Origin: Naegleria gruberi
Lineage: Eukaryota
Direction: 5' to 3' (one strand)
Length of the DNA stretch: 64,000 bases
Assembly (NCBI GenBank): GCA_000004985.1
Contig: GG738891.1
Below the pieces are notes generated by a model. That model was not told the DNA's origin. It saw only the letters and a list, made by a program, of their open reading frames with translations, and made no database searches. Positions 51,184-62,799 of the stretch are shown piece after piece. Both the position numbers and the translations under genes were made by a program. How positions within the stretch are numbered: the first letter of the stretch is position 1; every line of letters starts with the position of its first letter.

Positions 51184-53163
51184 ATGCGTTTGTTCATACC
51201 AAATTCAACTCAAAACAAATTTCATAATACATCAACAACACTAACAATGAACAACCATGAAACTGTACTCTGTGAAGGAACTTTAGACATGTTTGATGCT
51301 CCATCTTTTACTAGCATCAATATTAGTAGTAATTCTTCATCTTCTCCGTCATCTAATTCTCCATCACTTGTTTTTCATCTTTCAACATCATCCGACTTTC
51401 AAACATCTGAACAAACCAAACAAAGTTCAAGTGGAAAAAGATCTAAATCAAAGGCAAAGAAGAGGAAAGTTATTTTGGATGAGGATGATGAACGTGATTA
51501 TGAGGAGTGTGATTTTATTTTGGAAATNNNNNNNNNNNNNNNNNNNNNNNNNNNNNNNNNNNNNNNNNNNNNNNNNNATGCTGATAGTCAGATTCCAACA
51601 ACCATTGTTCAGGCTATTTTGGATGTTGTAGCTGCTTCTATAAATCCACCACCTCAACAACCTCAACCAACACAAGAAGAACAAGCCTCCACAACTAATT
51701 CTAATGAACAAATTTCATCATCCGAAGGTATAGCTGAATCAATAACAACTAGTGATGATAATACACTTCAATCAGAACCAGCCATGCCAAAGCCTATTGA
51801 GGCTACTCAAACACCACCAACTGCAGCATCCACCATTGAAGCAAAACTTTCAAGCCAATCAACAAATAAGATTCTTGATGAACTTTATCGTGGATTGAAT
51901 ATATTCTATGATGAAGGTGCAAATGGACAATATGTACCTAGAACAATAATGGCAGATTTAGATCATTCATCACTTGATTCAATAATGTCTAATCAAGAAA
52001 TTGGTAAATGGTTTAGACCAGATTATTCATTAGGTAGTACAGGTAGTAGTGGTAATAATTGGGCTAAAGGTTATTATACAGAAGGACCTGAATTGGCAGA
52101 ATTAGTTATGGATGTTGTTAGAAAATCAGCAGAAAGTTGTGATTGTATTCAAGGATTTCAAATATTTCATTCAATTGGAGGTGGATGTGGTTCAGGAATG
52201 GGATGTTTCATAACAAATAGACTTCAAGATGAATATGGTGGTGCAATGATTATGACAAATTCTGTATTTCCATCTACAAAAACTGTTGATAGTGTTCTTG
52301 CACCTTATAACTCTGTTTTAACTTTACATCACTTGATTGAAAATGTTCAAATGGTTAATTGTTTTGATAATCATGCTCTTAATCAAATTAGTCAAAAATT
52401 ATTTAGAATTGAATCACCTGAAATGGTTGATTTGAATGAAATTGTTGCACAATCTGTTACAGGTATGTTGTTTTATAGAATGATTATGATGACATTTAAA
52501 TCATTATTAATATACTATTAAGGTATTACAAGTTCATTTAGATTTTCAGGTATTATAAATTCAGATTTACGTAAAATGGCAACCAATTTAGTTCCATTTC
52601 CAAGAGCTCACTTTTTCATGAATTCATTATCACCATTAGGAAGTTCATTTGATAATTCAGATCTTAAAGTTGAACAAATTACAAGTCAATTATTTAATCC
52701 AAATCATTTCCTAGTTGATGCCAATCCAAAGAATGGTAAATATTTAACAGCAAGTGTTATATTTAGAGGAGATGTTAGTTCATCATCAGCAGAAGAACAA
52801 GTTAATGGTATTCTTCAAAGAGATTCTTCTTACTTTTACAAATCAATTCCAAATAATTTACAAACTTCTATATGTAAAGTTGCACCACCTGGTATTAAGA
52901 GAACAGGAACTTTAATTGCTAATTCTACTTCTATTTTAACTATATTTAGACAATTATCATCTTCATTCTCAATGTTATTTAAGAGAAAGGCTTTTATGAA
53001 ATCATTTGAAATTGAAGGAATGGATGAATTGGAATTTTCAGAAGCAATTTCAAATCTTAATGATTTAATAGCTGAATATGAATTACAAGAATATGAACAA
53101 GATAATCATATTAATGTTGATGATGAAGAATTGGGAGGAGGAGAATCTGAACATGTTGAATAA
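51184..53163 (+). CDS. Divergent beta-tubulin-like protein with a Ser/Thr/Pro/Gln-rich N-terminal extension, interrupted by a scaffold gap
   Basis: Model join(51184..51527, gap, 51578..52462, 52523..53163); 60-nt intron gtatgt..ttaag in phase 1 gives ...SVTG|ITSSFRFSGIINSDLRKMATNLVPFPRAHFF, collinear with beta-tubulin [32 protein letters not shown]. The tubulin body is recognisable from about beta residue 45 (LNIFYDEGANGQYVPRTIMADLD...GSSGNNWAKGYYTEGPELAELVMDVVRKSAESCDCIQGFQIFHSIGGGCGSGMG ... RKAFMKSFEIEGMDELEFSEAISNLNDLIAEYELQEYEQD). The N-terminal GQCGNQ T1-loop region is absent. The GGGTGSG signature reads GGGCGSG. Confidence 0.7.
51528..51577. other. Assembly gap (50 N) inside the tubulin-like gene
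   Basis: Run of n characters. The true length is unknown, so the N-terminal exon structure cannot be fixed. Confidence 0.95.
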
Positions 53164-53419
53164 AATAGTTTAATAGGTGTAATTATATAATATGTTAATA
53201 TGATTGATATTTGTAATTTGGAAGATTTCATGAATTAAACACATTTTGATTGAATTTTTTGGCAAAGTTATCTGTCAAACCCCAATCAACAAATTCGAAA
53301 CAAAAGTTCGCACCAAGAACGATAACTTCATAGTCAGAACCGTGCCGGTTCTAACTACCAAATAAACAAACACTATTTTGATTGAATTTTTATTTGAACA
53401 AAATTAAAAAATTAAAAAC

Positions 53420-54061
53420 ATGACATCTTCGACTACAAGTAATAATAATAACACAAGTAATGATCATTCAACATCAACAACAACAAATAATGAAGAATAT
53501 GATTTATATAAACATTCAATTGTTAGATATTTAGGATATACTAATGAAGTTGGTGAAGCCTTTAGAAGTTTTCTACCAAAATCAATTGTTAATTTTACAT
53601 ATATTGTTGCATCGGGATATGCTCTAGCTGATGCTGTTGATAAAGGTTATAAACAATATAAATTACAATCTAATAATAATATTACATCAAATATTGATAA
53701 TAATAATATTGACAATATTAATAATATTAATAATATTGATACTAATAATTTAACAAAATCATCAACAACAATTAATTATAAACCAATTATTCATCATACA
53801 AGTGATACATTAATATGGCAATTTTTTGCATCAGTAACAATTCCAGCCTTTTTTGTAAATAGAACATGTTCAATAGTTAAATATTCAATGAATAGAATGA
53901 ATTTAAGTGAAGGCTTTAAAAGATCAATTTATTTCAAATCAATTCCAACATTGAGTGGATTAGCAATCATTCCATTCCTACCACTATTATTAGATCATCC
54001 AATTGATTTAATTTTAGATAAAACCACTAGACCTTTATTAAATAAATATTTAAAAGATTAA
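53420..54061 (+). CDS. mtfp1: Mitochondrial fission process protein 1 (MTFP1/MTP18 family)
   Basis: 213 aa. IVRYLGYTNEVGEAFRSFLPKSIVNFTYIVASGYALADAVDKGYK ... TLIWQFFASVTIPAFFVNRTCSIV ... LAIIPFLPLLLDHPIDLILDKT is collinear with MTP18. An Asn-rich insertion (NIDNNNIDNINNINNIDTNN) splits the two conserved halves. Confidence 0.75.
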   Translation: MTSSTTSNNNNTSNDHSTSTTTNNEEYDLYKHSIVRYLGYTNEVGEAFRSFLPKSIVNFTYIVASGYALADAVDKGYKQYKLQSNNNITSNIDNNNIDNINNINNIDTNNLTKSSTTINYKPIIHHTSDTLIWQFFASVTIPAFFVNRTCSIVKYSMNRMNLSEGFKRSIYFKSIPTLSGLAIIPFLPLLLDHPIDLILDKTTRPLLNKYLKD

Positions 54062-54441
54062 ACCATAATTAATTATTTTAATTTATTTTTTTATATTTAT
54101 TAAATTTAATATTCTAATGTAAATAGATGGGAATATCAATATTCTTTATGAGATGTGAAAATCATCTCTCTATGGCGCTCAATGGTGTCTTTAATATATT
54201 TGTTTAACATAAATAAAATTATTGAAGACTTATGAGGTCAGGCTTACTGAAAGGTTGGCAATGTTACGTTCAAGGATGAGAGGACATTGGTATTCTTTTT
54301 ATATTATTATTTATTTTTCTTATTATTGTTTATTAAGGAAGATTAAAATGCTATACGTAACTTGAACCATAACTTGTTTTATAAATTTATTAAAAATAAT
54401 TTCATGTTCATTTTGAACATTGATTAGGTTATGGAGATATT

Positions 54442-54666
54442 TCATTTATTAGTGAAATCTATAAACTCATTAATGTATGTCTGCATTGAGTGGAATACTG
54501 AGGCTATATTAAATAGCAATGTGTTAAGATGTGTAGAGGTAATTAATTCATGAAATGTCTCTTTTTTTAACATCAAATCATAAAAGATTACATCTACATG
54601 AGTCATGCCCACTATTCTCTTTATTTCTTTTGAAATAAAATGTGAAATTGTAAAGTCAAAGTCCAT
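54442..54666 (-). CDS. Small hypothetical protein (74 aa)
   Basis: ATG-initiated ORF of non-low-complexity sequence in an otherwise empty 700-bp spacer. No confident homology; a faint TFB5/p8-like D-THxxV pattern only. Confidence 0.2.
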   Translation of the reverse strand: MDFDFTISHFISKEIKRIVGMTHVDVIFYDLMLKKETFHELITSTHLNTLLFNIASVFHSMQTYINEFIDFTNK

Positions 54667-54748
54667 GTAAAATCAGCCAATGGATAATAATCAACCAAAT
54701 CAAAACCAATCAACGTCACTTGTCAATATAAAAAATAATAATTAAAAA

Positions 54749-56859
54749 ATGCCACCATCAACATCCACCACTAATGGACCTATTGTAACCATATCATTCC
54801 AAGGAGGTGAATATACAGGTACAATTAATGAACAAAATGAACCTCATGGTAAAGGTACAATAATTTATCCCTACACTAAACATAAATATGAAGGTGAATT
54901 TATTAATGGTAAAGCTCATGGTAAAGGTATTGCAAGTGGTTTAATTACCAATGAAATGAGTTTTATTATTAATAATGAATTACGTGATATTGGTGATAAA
55001 TATGTTATTCCAATCAATTCTTATACTTCTACTACTACTAATAATACTGGTGATAATTCTAATACTACTAATAATACTCCATCCATCAAATAATCATAAT
55101 TAATAATTGGAGTTATGATGGACAATGGAATGAAGGAGTAATGAATGGTCAAGGTACATTTGTATTTTGTAATGGTGATATGTATAGTGGTGAATGGAAG
55201 GATGGAGTAGCTAATGGTAAAGGACTCTATACATGGAAAGTAACAGATGATAGATATATGGGTGAATTTTTAAATATGAAAAGACATGGTTCAGGTACAA
55301 TGTTATTTCAGAATGGACATAAATATGATGGTCTATTTTATAATGATTATAGATATGGTCATGGTGTTGAAACATTTGCCAATGGTAATAGATATGAAGG
55401 TTATTGGATTATGGATAAAAGACATGGTTATGGTTTAGCATATATTAAATTTGATAATTTAGATAAGAAATTACAAAAAAAGAGAAAACAATTAGTTAAA
55501 GGTCAATCTTTTAATGGTAGTAGTAATAGTTCTAATAATTCTAATTCTAATAATAGCAGTACAACTACTAATAATGGTAATACTATTAATAATTTATATA
55601 TTAATAATTTACATTCAATTGATAATTATGTAATATATTTACAAGAATATCAAATTGGTAAATTATTAAATGAAAAGGAATTATTTCCAACTGATTATAA
55701 TCAATATTTACCATCAAATCCAAATCAAGAACAACATTTAAAACCACCAAAAGAATTATTTAATGAAGAAATTAATGAAATTTTATTTAAAATTGATGAA
55801 GAAATTCAATTACTTGTTGAAGATTCAAATGGTCAATTAAAATTATCAAATCATCATCATGATAATCATTCTAATAATAATAATAATAATGATAATAATA
55901 ATACTAGTCCATCTATGGATGATATAAATGGTAATAATAATACAAATATAGAAGATGTATCACCACTTTCTAGAAATTCACATTTAAGTGAAATAGTTCA
56001 ACCAATTCTATGTACAGATAATGTTTTTGTTCAGGGAGTTGTTTGTTGGGAAGATAAATATTGGGATATGATTCAACAATTATTTGTTCAACAATATACA
56101 TTTAAATGTGAATTAAATCATTCTAAAAAATTATTACAACAATTAGATCAATTAACATATTTAGAACAACGTAGAATGGAAATTTTAGAAAAGATTGAAA
56201 TGTGTAATAATGCAAAAACTAAAACTAAATGGGAAATGAAACGTGTTATTGTTGAAGAATTAAATAGTGAAGCACCAAATGATTATAGTGGTGTTGATTT
56301 ATTCCAAGATAGATTAGATGAATTAATTTCTGAAATGAAATTAGAATTGACCGAAATTTTACAATTAAAAAATAATGCAAGTCAAGAAAGAGATGAAAAG
56401 AAAATTCAACAAACTTCACAACAAGTTTCAGATATTGAAAAAAAGATTTTCAGATTAGAATCAGCTTTACAAACTGCAAAGAATACTTCCATTCAAAATC
56501 CAAAATTGAAACAAGTTAGAGAACATGCTTTATATTCACAATTATTAGAAACTGTTGCAATTCATTTACAACGTTTAAGAGTTTTATTACGTCGTTTAAT
56601 GTCATTTAAATATGGTTTAGGTGCTGTTATTTTCACTCCAAATCAATTGGATATTGTTATTAATAATAATAATGGTGGTGCAAATGAAGAAGAATTGAAC
56701 AATACTAAGAATTTAATCATGTTAGTTCAAGGCTTGTTTGAATCTAATATTGTACGTTCAAGAGATCAAATTGCTCAACACTTAAAGATTGCTGGTATTG
56801 ATGCTGATAACATTTTGAAACGTACCAGATCTATCAGTGATGATTTACAAAAACAATAA
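54749..56859 (+). CDS. MORN-repeat protein with a long Asn-rich/coiled-coil C-terminal region; exon junction near 55060..55115 unresolved
   Basis: Segment 1 (54749..55093) carries MORN units YTGTINEQNEPHGKGTIIYPYTKHK / YEGEFINGKAHGKG. Segment 2 continues in another frame from the AG at 55113..55114 with YDGQWNEGVMNGQGTFVFCNGDM / YSGEWKDGVANGKGLYTW / YMGEFLNMKRHGSGTMLF / YDGLFYNDYRYGHGVETF / YEGYWIMDKRHGYGLAYI (track ORF 55141..56859). A phase-compatible GT donor for this acceptor was not found. Confidence 0.55.
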
Positions 56860-57075
56860 TTATTATTGATGAAGATTAATTATTCTTGTAATACTTACAT
56901 CATCATTATGATTAATAAACAATTTGTTTTTGTTTACTTCCGATGAGCCTTACAAGTCAAAATCACCCATCATAATTATTAAATTCAATAATTGATGATA
57001 TCTTCTTCATCTTCATCAAATAATAAATAAATATATAATAAATATATAATAAATAACAAAAATTTAAAACATGAT

Positions 57076-57546
57076 TTAATTCTTTCTCATTAATAAATAC
57101 AAATGTGTATCAGGTTCAATGTGTTGAATATCTCTAGCTTCACCTTTTAATTTCATTAATAAACCACCAAATGACACATAAATAGAAACGACAGAATAAT
57201 TCTTTTCAGGTTGATATTTATAAACTCTTCCGTACATGACATAATCATAATTGTCCATTAAAGATGGTTTGTCATCAGTTCCTAGGGTTGGATCATATGT
57301 ATCTTTAGTTTTCTTTGAATCTACTTGTTTTGATGGTTTAATTTCCAGGCTTGTTGCCAATGAAATTGTTAATTTATCATTAATTTCTACTGGGAATATA
57401 TCAGTGTTAATATCAATAATTAATTCCATTTCATCTTCACTTTCACAATAAAGACGTGATACTTTATCAAACTTCTTTCCTTCTGGATCAATGTTTTTGA
57501 CTTCAAAGAATTTATCTTCAAGAACAACAGGTCCCGATGATGACAT
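57076..57546 (-). CDS. rpb8: DNA-directed RNA polymerases I/II/III subunit RPB8 (RPABC3)
   Basis: 156 aa. VLEDKFFEVKNIDPEGKKFDKVSRLYCESE ... YDYVMYGRVYKYQP ... VSIYVSFGGLLMKLKG is collinear with Rpb8. Confidence 0.85.
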   Translation of the reverse strand: MSSSGPVVLEDKFFEVKNIDPEGKKFDKVSRLYCESEDEMELIIDINTDIFPVEINDKLTISLATSLEIKPSKQVDSKKTKDTYDPTLGTDDKPSLMDNYDYVMYGRVYKYQPEKNYSVVSIYVSFGGLLMKLKGEARDIQHIEPDTHLYLLMRKN

Positions 57547-58769
57547 TTTTTTTTAAATACAAATTTTATTATTTTTATTTTTATCGCAACGGAAGAAGTA
57601 AAAGCTTTGGAGAGGCTTGAAAGTTGGAATTTTTTTTTGAAGTTTTTTCATCATCTTCACCTCCAGAATTCGCTTTGATTATTAATACTGTAGTAAGTAG
57701 GAGCCAATTTCATTAATAACCACAGCTTTCAATACATTTGTTGTTCACAGTATGAAATAAAGTGCAATTATTAGTTAGAATTATAATGTCAACTCTCAAT
57801 CATTAATGAATTCATAACGAGCTCATTAACTTTGGATTCAATTCTTAAGAGAAACAAAACAGTCAAAATATTATATAAATAAATATTCAATATTGTAACA
57901 ATCTGTTTCTACAGTTTCTATTTGATTTTATACAACAACATCTTCTTAATGGAGCTTTCAATATAATATCATTTGAGGTATGTACTCAATTCGTGTTGTT
58001 GGTTGGTTGGCTACTGTTGATTGTTGTGTTGTTTGTGATATAATATCTGTGTGAATTGTTGACATAGTTTTTTGATCAATTTCACTAGTCCGCATTTGAG
58101 TTTGATCAGCTGGAATGTTGAGCATTGTGTGAAATTTTGTTGTGTTTTCCAACAACAACAAGGCTAGGCACTCTGTGTTATAGTGTTACTGCTGTAATAA
58201 TAATCCTCACAAATTTAATAAGGTAATCTAACTGATATCTGTTATTCTTCCAAATGAGAAAACGTTCACTCCTTAAATTCTTAAATATTCCATTCATTTT
58301 GATTAAAATTTCATTGTTTTTGAAAAGAATCAATAAACTCCTACACCACTAGAAAATTGTAATAGCCTCCAAACAAGTGCAAATGGCCTAAAAAGAACAA
58401 ACCATGGAAACGCGAGATTCGTTCCAACTGTTTTTCAATGTTCGTTTTTCGCGTTTTTACTATGGACCTTAATGGAAGCAACATTAAAGAAACTTCAACA
58501 ACAGCAACAAAGCGAAAGGGCGGTTAACTCAAAAAGGTCCGTCCAAGGTATTTCTGAAGCCTATTTCATGTCTGGCCACACTCTCCATTTGAAAATTACA
58601 AAAGCGAAAAAAACAATTTAACACAATTAAGCTAAATAGCTGCAGTCATTATTGTACAATTTATTAATATTATTAATCACATTCACTCTCAATAGACAGA
58701 AGATCACATCCAATAACACATATCATCCACAATAATACCAATAATAATACTACTACTTCCAAATATATA

Positions 58770-60470
58770 ATGAGTGATCCAGTATTATTATCATCCAATC
58801 ATCATCAACATCATCAAGATGATGATACTAGTGCGTCACATGAAATGGTTGAATTCACATTATCTCATCCAAACAGTTCAACTACATCACTTCCTAATCA
58901 TCAACATCATCGTGCCATGATGACATCACAATCATCATTCCAATCCACAAGTACCTCAAATCATGATGATTTAGAATTGGGTCATCGACCACAATTAAGA
59001 GTTGCAGAGAGTGAAATATTTGATCAACATTTATATCCACCCAATGATGATTCATCCTCTGCTGATCATTCACCTACTCCGACTACCTTAGTGGATGGTG
59101 ATGATCAACCTACAAGATTATTAAATGGTACATCTATTAATACTACTAATACTACTAATACTGCCACTGGTGGTGGTTGTGCTTCTACTACTATAAAGTC
59201 ATCAACAAATAATTATGGTAGTACTACTAATAGTACTTCTAATGTTATTAAGAATGTTAATAATACCAATACTACCAATGGTAACTCTACTACTCTTACT
59301 ACAAAGGGACGTTCATCATCCATTGCTAAACAACAACCAGCAACACCACTCACTAGAAAAGCAGCTATTAAACAATATTTCCAAAGAAAATATTTAAGTT
59401 TTGAACATCATTTAGTTTCACGTTCAGCTAAACATAGAGATTCTGAATATAGATCTCAATTAGAATTAATTACTGCCATTGATGAACATTGTGATAGTGT
59501 ACTACATACTTATAGTAGTTTTAGAATGTTTATATTATCATTGATGGGTGGTATTTATGTTTCTATTGCAACCTTATTGACAGGTTTAATTTCATCTGAT
59601 ATATCAAGTAAGGCTATGCAAAAATTCATGACTGGTATTGCATTTGTTGGTGGTTTTACAATGATTATATTTAGTAAGAGTATTCTATTTACAGAAGTTA
59701 ATATATCTGTTAGTGTTCATTTATTTAAAAATGATTTAATTGGTATTATTAGAAGAAGTGTCTATTGGGTTATTAAGGGAATATTCAGTTGTTTTAAAAA
59801 TCATTTACATATTAAAATTAGAAGACCACATAAGAGTATTAAATTAATTACACTTTTAAATTCTATTAAATTATGGAGTATTTCCATAGTTGGGAATATA
59901 TTAGGTACAGTGATGATGTCAGCAGTATTAGGAGCATGTTTCTCATGGTATGACAGTCAATCTATGGTACAATATTTGAGTGCATTAACTAAACACAAAT
60001 TAGATATTTTCATTGAAAGAGGTGCAAGTGGATGGTTTAGTTGTTTATTAAGTGGAATGGTTGCTAATTTCATGATTGGTGTTGCTTCTTTATTATGTAC
60101 TGCTGGTACTACTATTATTGGAAAGATTTTAGCTTTATTCTTCCCTATTATTGCTTTTGCTGTATGTTTTATTTATTATTAATATTAATTATTTATATAA
60201 TCTTTTTATGGTAATATTTCAATACTATTTATTTAGGCATTGGGTGTACAACATGCACCTGCTAATGTTGGATATTTCTCACATATTTTCATTTGGGATT
60301 CCATGTATGGTAATACTACTAATTTAACAATTACACCTGAAATTAATTATGTTATGAATTCAGTTGAATGGTATGATGGTTTAGCATGGAATTTAATTCC
60401 AGCTGCAATTGGTAATGCTTTGGGTGGTTTCTTCTTGGCATTTGTTTTTGTTTTTGTTTTTATTAAATAA
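58770..60470 (+). CDS. Formate/nitrite transporter family protein (FNT), copy 1, with a 270-aa low-complexity N-terminal extension
   Basis: join(58770..60161,60237..60470); 75-nt intron gtatgt..tttag in phase 0 joins track ORFs 58770..60182 and 60240..60470 (FFPIIAFA|ALGVQHAPANVGYFSHIF, corresponding to the FNT signature around the second half-helix). Six TM helices. The N-terminus is Ser/Thr/Asn/His-rich and contains the motif SEIFDQHLYPP. Confidence 0.75.
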
Positions 60471-60959
60471 TATTTAAATATAAAAGGAATTATTTAAAAA
60501 TAATACTCTCCTCTCATATATTATAAATGTTAAAAATAAAGTTTTATATTTTTAAAAATTACTTGATTAATTACAATCTTATCAAGAAAACATCAATACA
60601 TATAAGAGTTTTAAACATAAATATTTAAATGACCTTATTAGAAACCAATCTCATTCCATCAAATACTAAAATGATATTTACTCTAATCAAAATTATTAAT
60701 CAACAACTCAACACTATTCTCTCACTCAAGTAGTAAAATTCAATACCAAGTAGTAAATTACATCAATAACAACAGATAGATAATATCTAGGTTACAATAG
60801 CTTTCAATTAAACATCAATAAGTAGTGAAATGGATAATAATAAATGGATAATTAACCCAATTTGTAATTTAATGTTCCCAAAGGTCTGACTTTAAATTCT
60901 AAAGCGAAAAATAATCTGAAATAAAAAACAAAACAATAACATCAATATTGAATATCAAT

Positions 60960-62777
60960 ATGACAAGTGACAGTGGTGCATTGAGTACTTCATCTGTTTC
61001 TTCAACAATAGTTGATACAAATAATATTAATAATACAGTTAATACAAGACAACAACAATTAAATAATAATAATACTAATCCATATGGATCATCACAAAGA
61101 TTAGCACATTCACATCATCCACGTGTTCATCATCCTCATAATATTCATCATCATAATAATAATAATATACGTAAAGTTATGAGTCAATTAAGTATTAATA
61201 GTCAACAACAACAACAACAACAATATAATAGTAATGAACAATTATCATCTCTATATAGTATTGATAATAATAATATTATTAACATGTCTTCTAATAATAA
61301 TTTAAATAATTTGAATAATAATAATTTGAATAATAATAGAATTCATTCAGCACAATCATTTAGTTCACTTTCATCTTATTATAGAGATGATGAACATCCA
61401 CAACAACGTCATGTTCATTATTTTGATAGTGATGAATTTGATCAACATTTATATCCACCACCAATAATAATAATAATAATAATATACTTACTAAGAATGG
61501 TAAAAATAATGTTCATTTTGATACTAATGAAGATGATGAACAAGGACATTATCATGGTCATCATCATGAACATGAATTAGATGATAATCATCATCATCAT
61601 ATTATTGATCATCACCATGACCATCATCACCATCATCATCATGAAGATGATCATTGTGCTCATACTACTACCAATAATAATAATACTATTAAAAGTAGTA
61701 ATACTTGTTGTGGTGGTGAAGAAAATCCAATTATTGTTGGTAAATATCATCCAACAACAATGAACAAATCACCTCAATTAATTGAACATGAAGCGCAACT
61801 ACATGAACAACATGAACAATCCATCAATAATAGAAAAGAAAGAAATCCCTTAAACAATATTTCAACAAGAATATTAGGATTGAAGTGNNNNNNNNNNNNN
61901 NNNNNNNNNNNNNNNNNNNNNNNNNNNNNNNNNNNNNTTTGTATCAATTGGTACTTTATTATCTGCTCTAATTTCATCTGATATTACTACTAAATCATTA
62001 CAAAAATTTATGATTGGTATTGCATTTGTTGGTGCATTTACAATGATTATATTTAGTAAGAGTATTCTATTTACAGAAGTTAACATATCTGTTAGTGTAC
62101 ATTTATTTAAAAATGATTTAATTGGTATTTTTAGAAGAAGTATATATTGGTTATTTAATAATATATTTACTTGTTTTAAAAATCATTTACATATTAAAAT
62201 TAGAAGACCACATAAGAGTATTAAATTAATGACATTATTAAATTCTATTAAATTATGGAGTATAGCTATATTTGGTAATATATTAGGTACAATATTAATG
62301 TCAGCAATATTATCAGGTAGTTATGTATGGTATGATAATCAAAGTGTTATTCAATTTTTAAGTTCAACAACTAAACATAAAATTCATACATTTGAAGAGA
62401 GAGGTGTTAATGGATGGTTTAGTTGTTTATTAAGTGGAATGGTTGCTAATTTCATGATTGGTGTTGCTACTTTATTATGTTCTTCTGGTACTACTATTAT
62501 TGGTAAAATTATTGCTTTATTCTTTCCAATTATAGCATTTGCTGCATTAGGTGTACAACATGCACCTGCTAATGTTGGTTATTTTTCTCATATTTTCATT
62601 TGGGATTCTTTATATGGTTCAACTAGTAATATTACAATGACAAGTGAAATTAATTTTGTAATGAATGAAATTCAATGGTATGAATCTATTTATTGGAATT
62701 TAATTCCAGCTGCACTTGGTAATGCTTTGGGTGCTGTCTTTTTAGCTTTTATATTTGTTTTTATTTTTGTTAAATAA
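60960..62777 (+). CDS. Formate/nitrite transporter family protein (FNT), copy 2 (tandem paralogue): intronless, interrupted by a frameshift and a scaffold gap; possibly a pseudogene or an assembly error
   Basis: ATG at 60960 (track start 60948 is a TTG). Frame 0 up to about 61465, including the motif DEFDQHLYPP. The reading frame then shifts into a His-rich stretch (HYHGHHHEHELDDNHHHHIIDHHHDHHHHHHHEDDH) that runs to the N gap (61888..61937). After the gap the FNT body (62010..62777 in the track) is 80-90% identical to copy 1 and reads through FFPIIAFAALGVQHAPANVGYF without an intron. Confidence 0.55.
61540..61665 (+). repeat. CAT/CAC (His-codon) microsatellite-like tract
   Basis: catcatcatgaacatgaa...catcatcatcatattattgatcatcaccatgaccatcatcaccatcatcatcatgaagat, encoding a poly-His/Asp tract in FNT copy 2. 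Confidence 0.6.
61888..61937. other. Assembly gap (50 N) inside FNT copy 2
   Basis: Run of n characters. The frame changes across it, as expected for an arbitrary-length gap. Confidence 0.95.
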
Positions 62778-62799
62778 ATATTTTAATTATTAGGAATAT

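Noticed and set aside
54442-54666. Calling the 74-aa ORF TFB5/p8 (TFIIH subunit)
   Set aside because: Only a faint D-THxxV resemblance. Kept as a low-confidence hypothetical.
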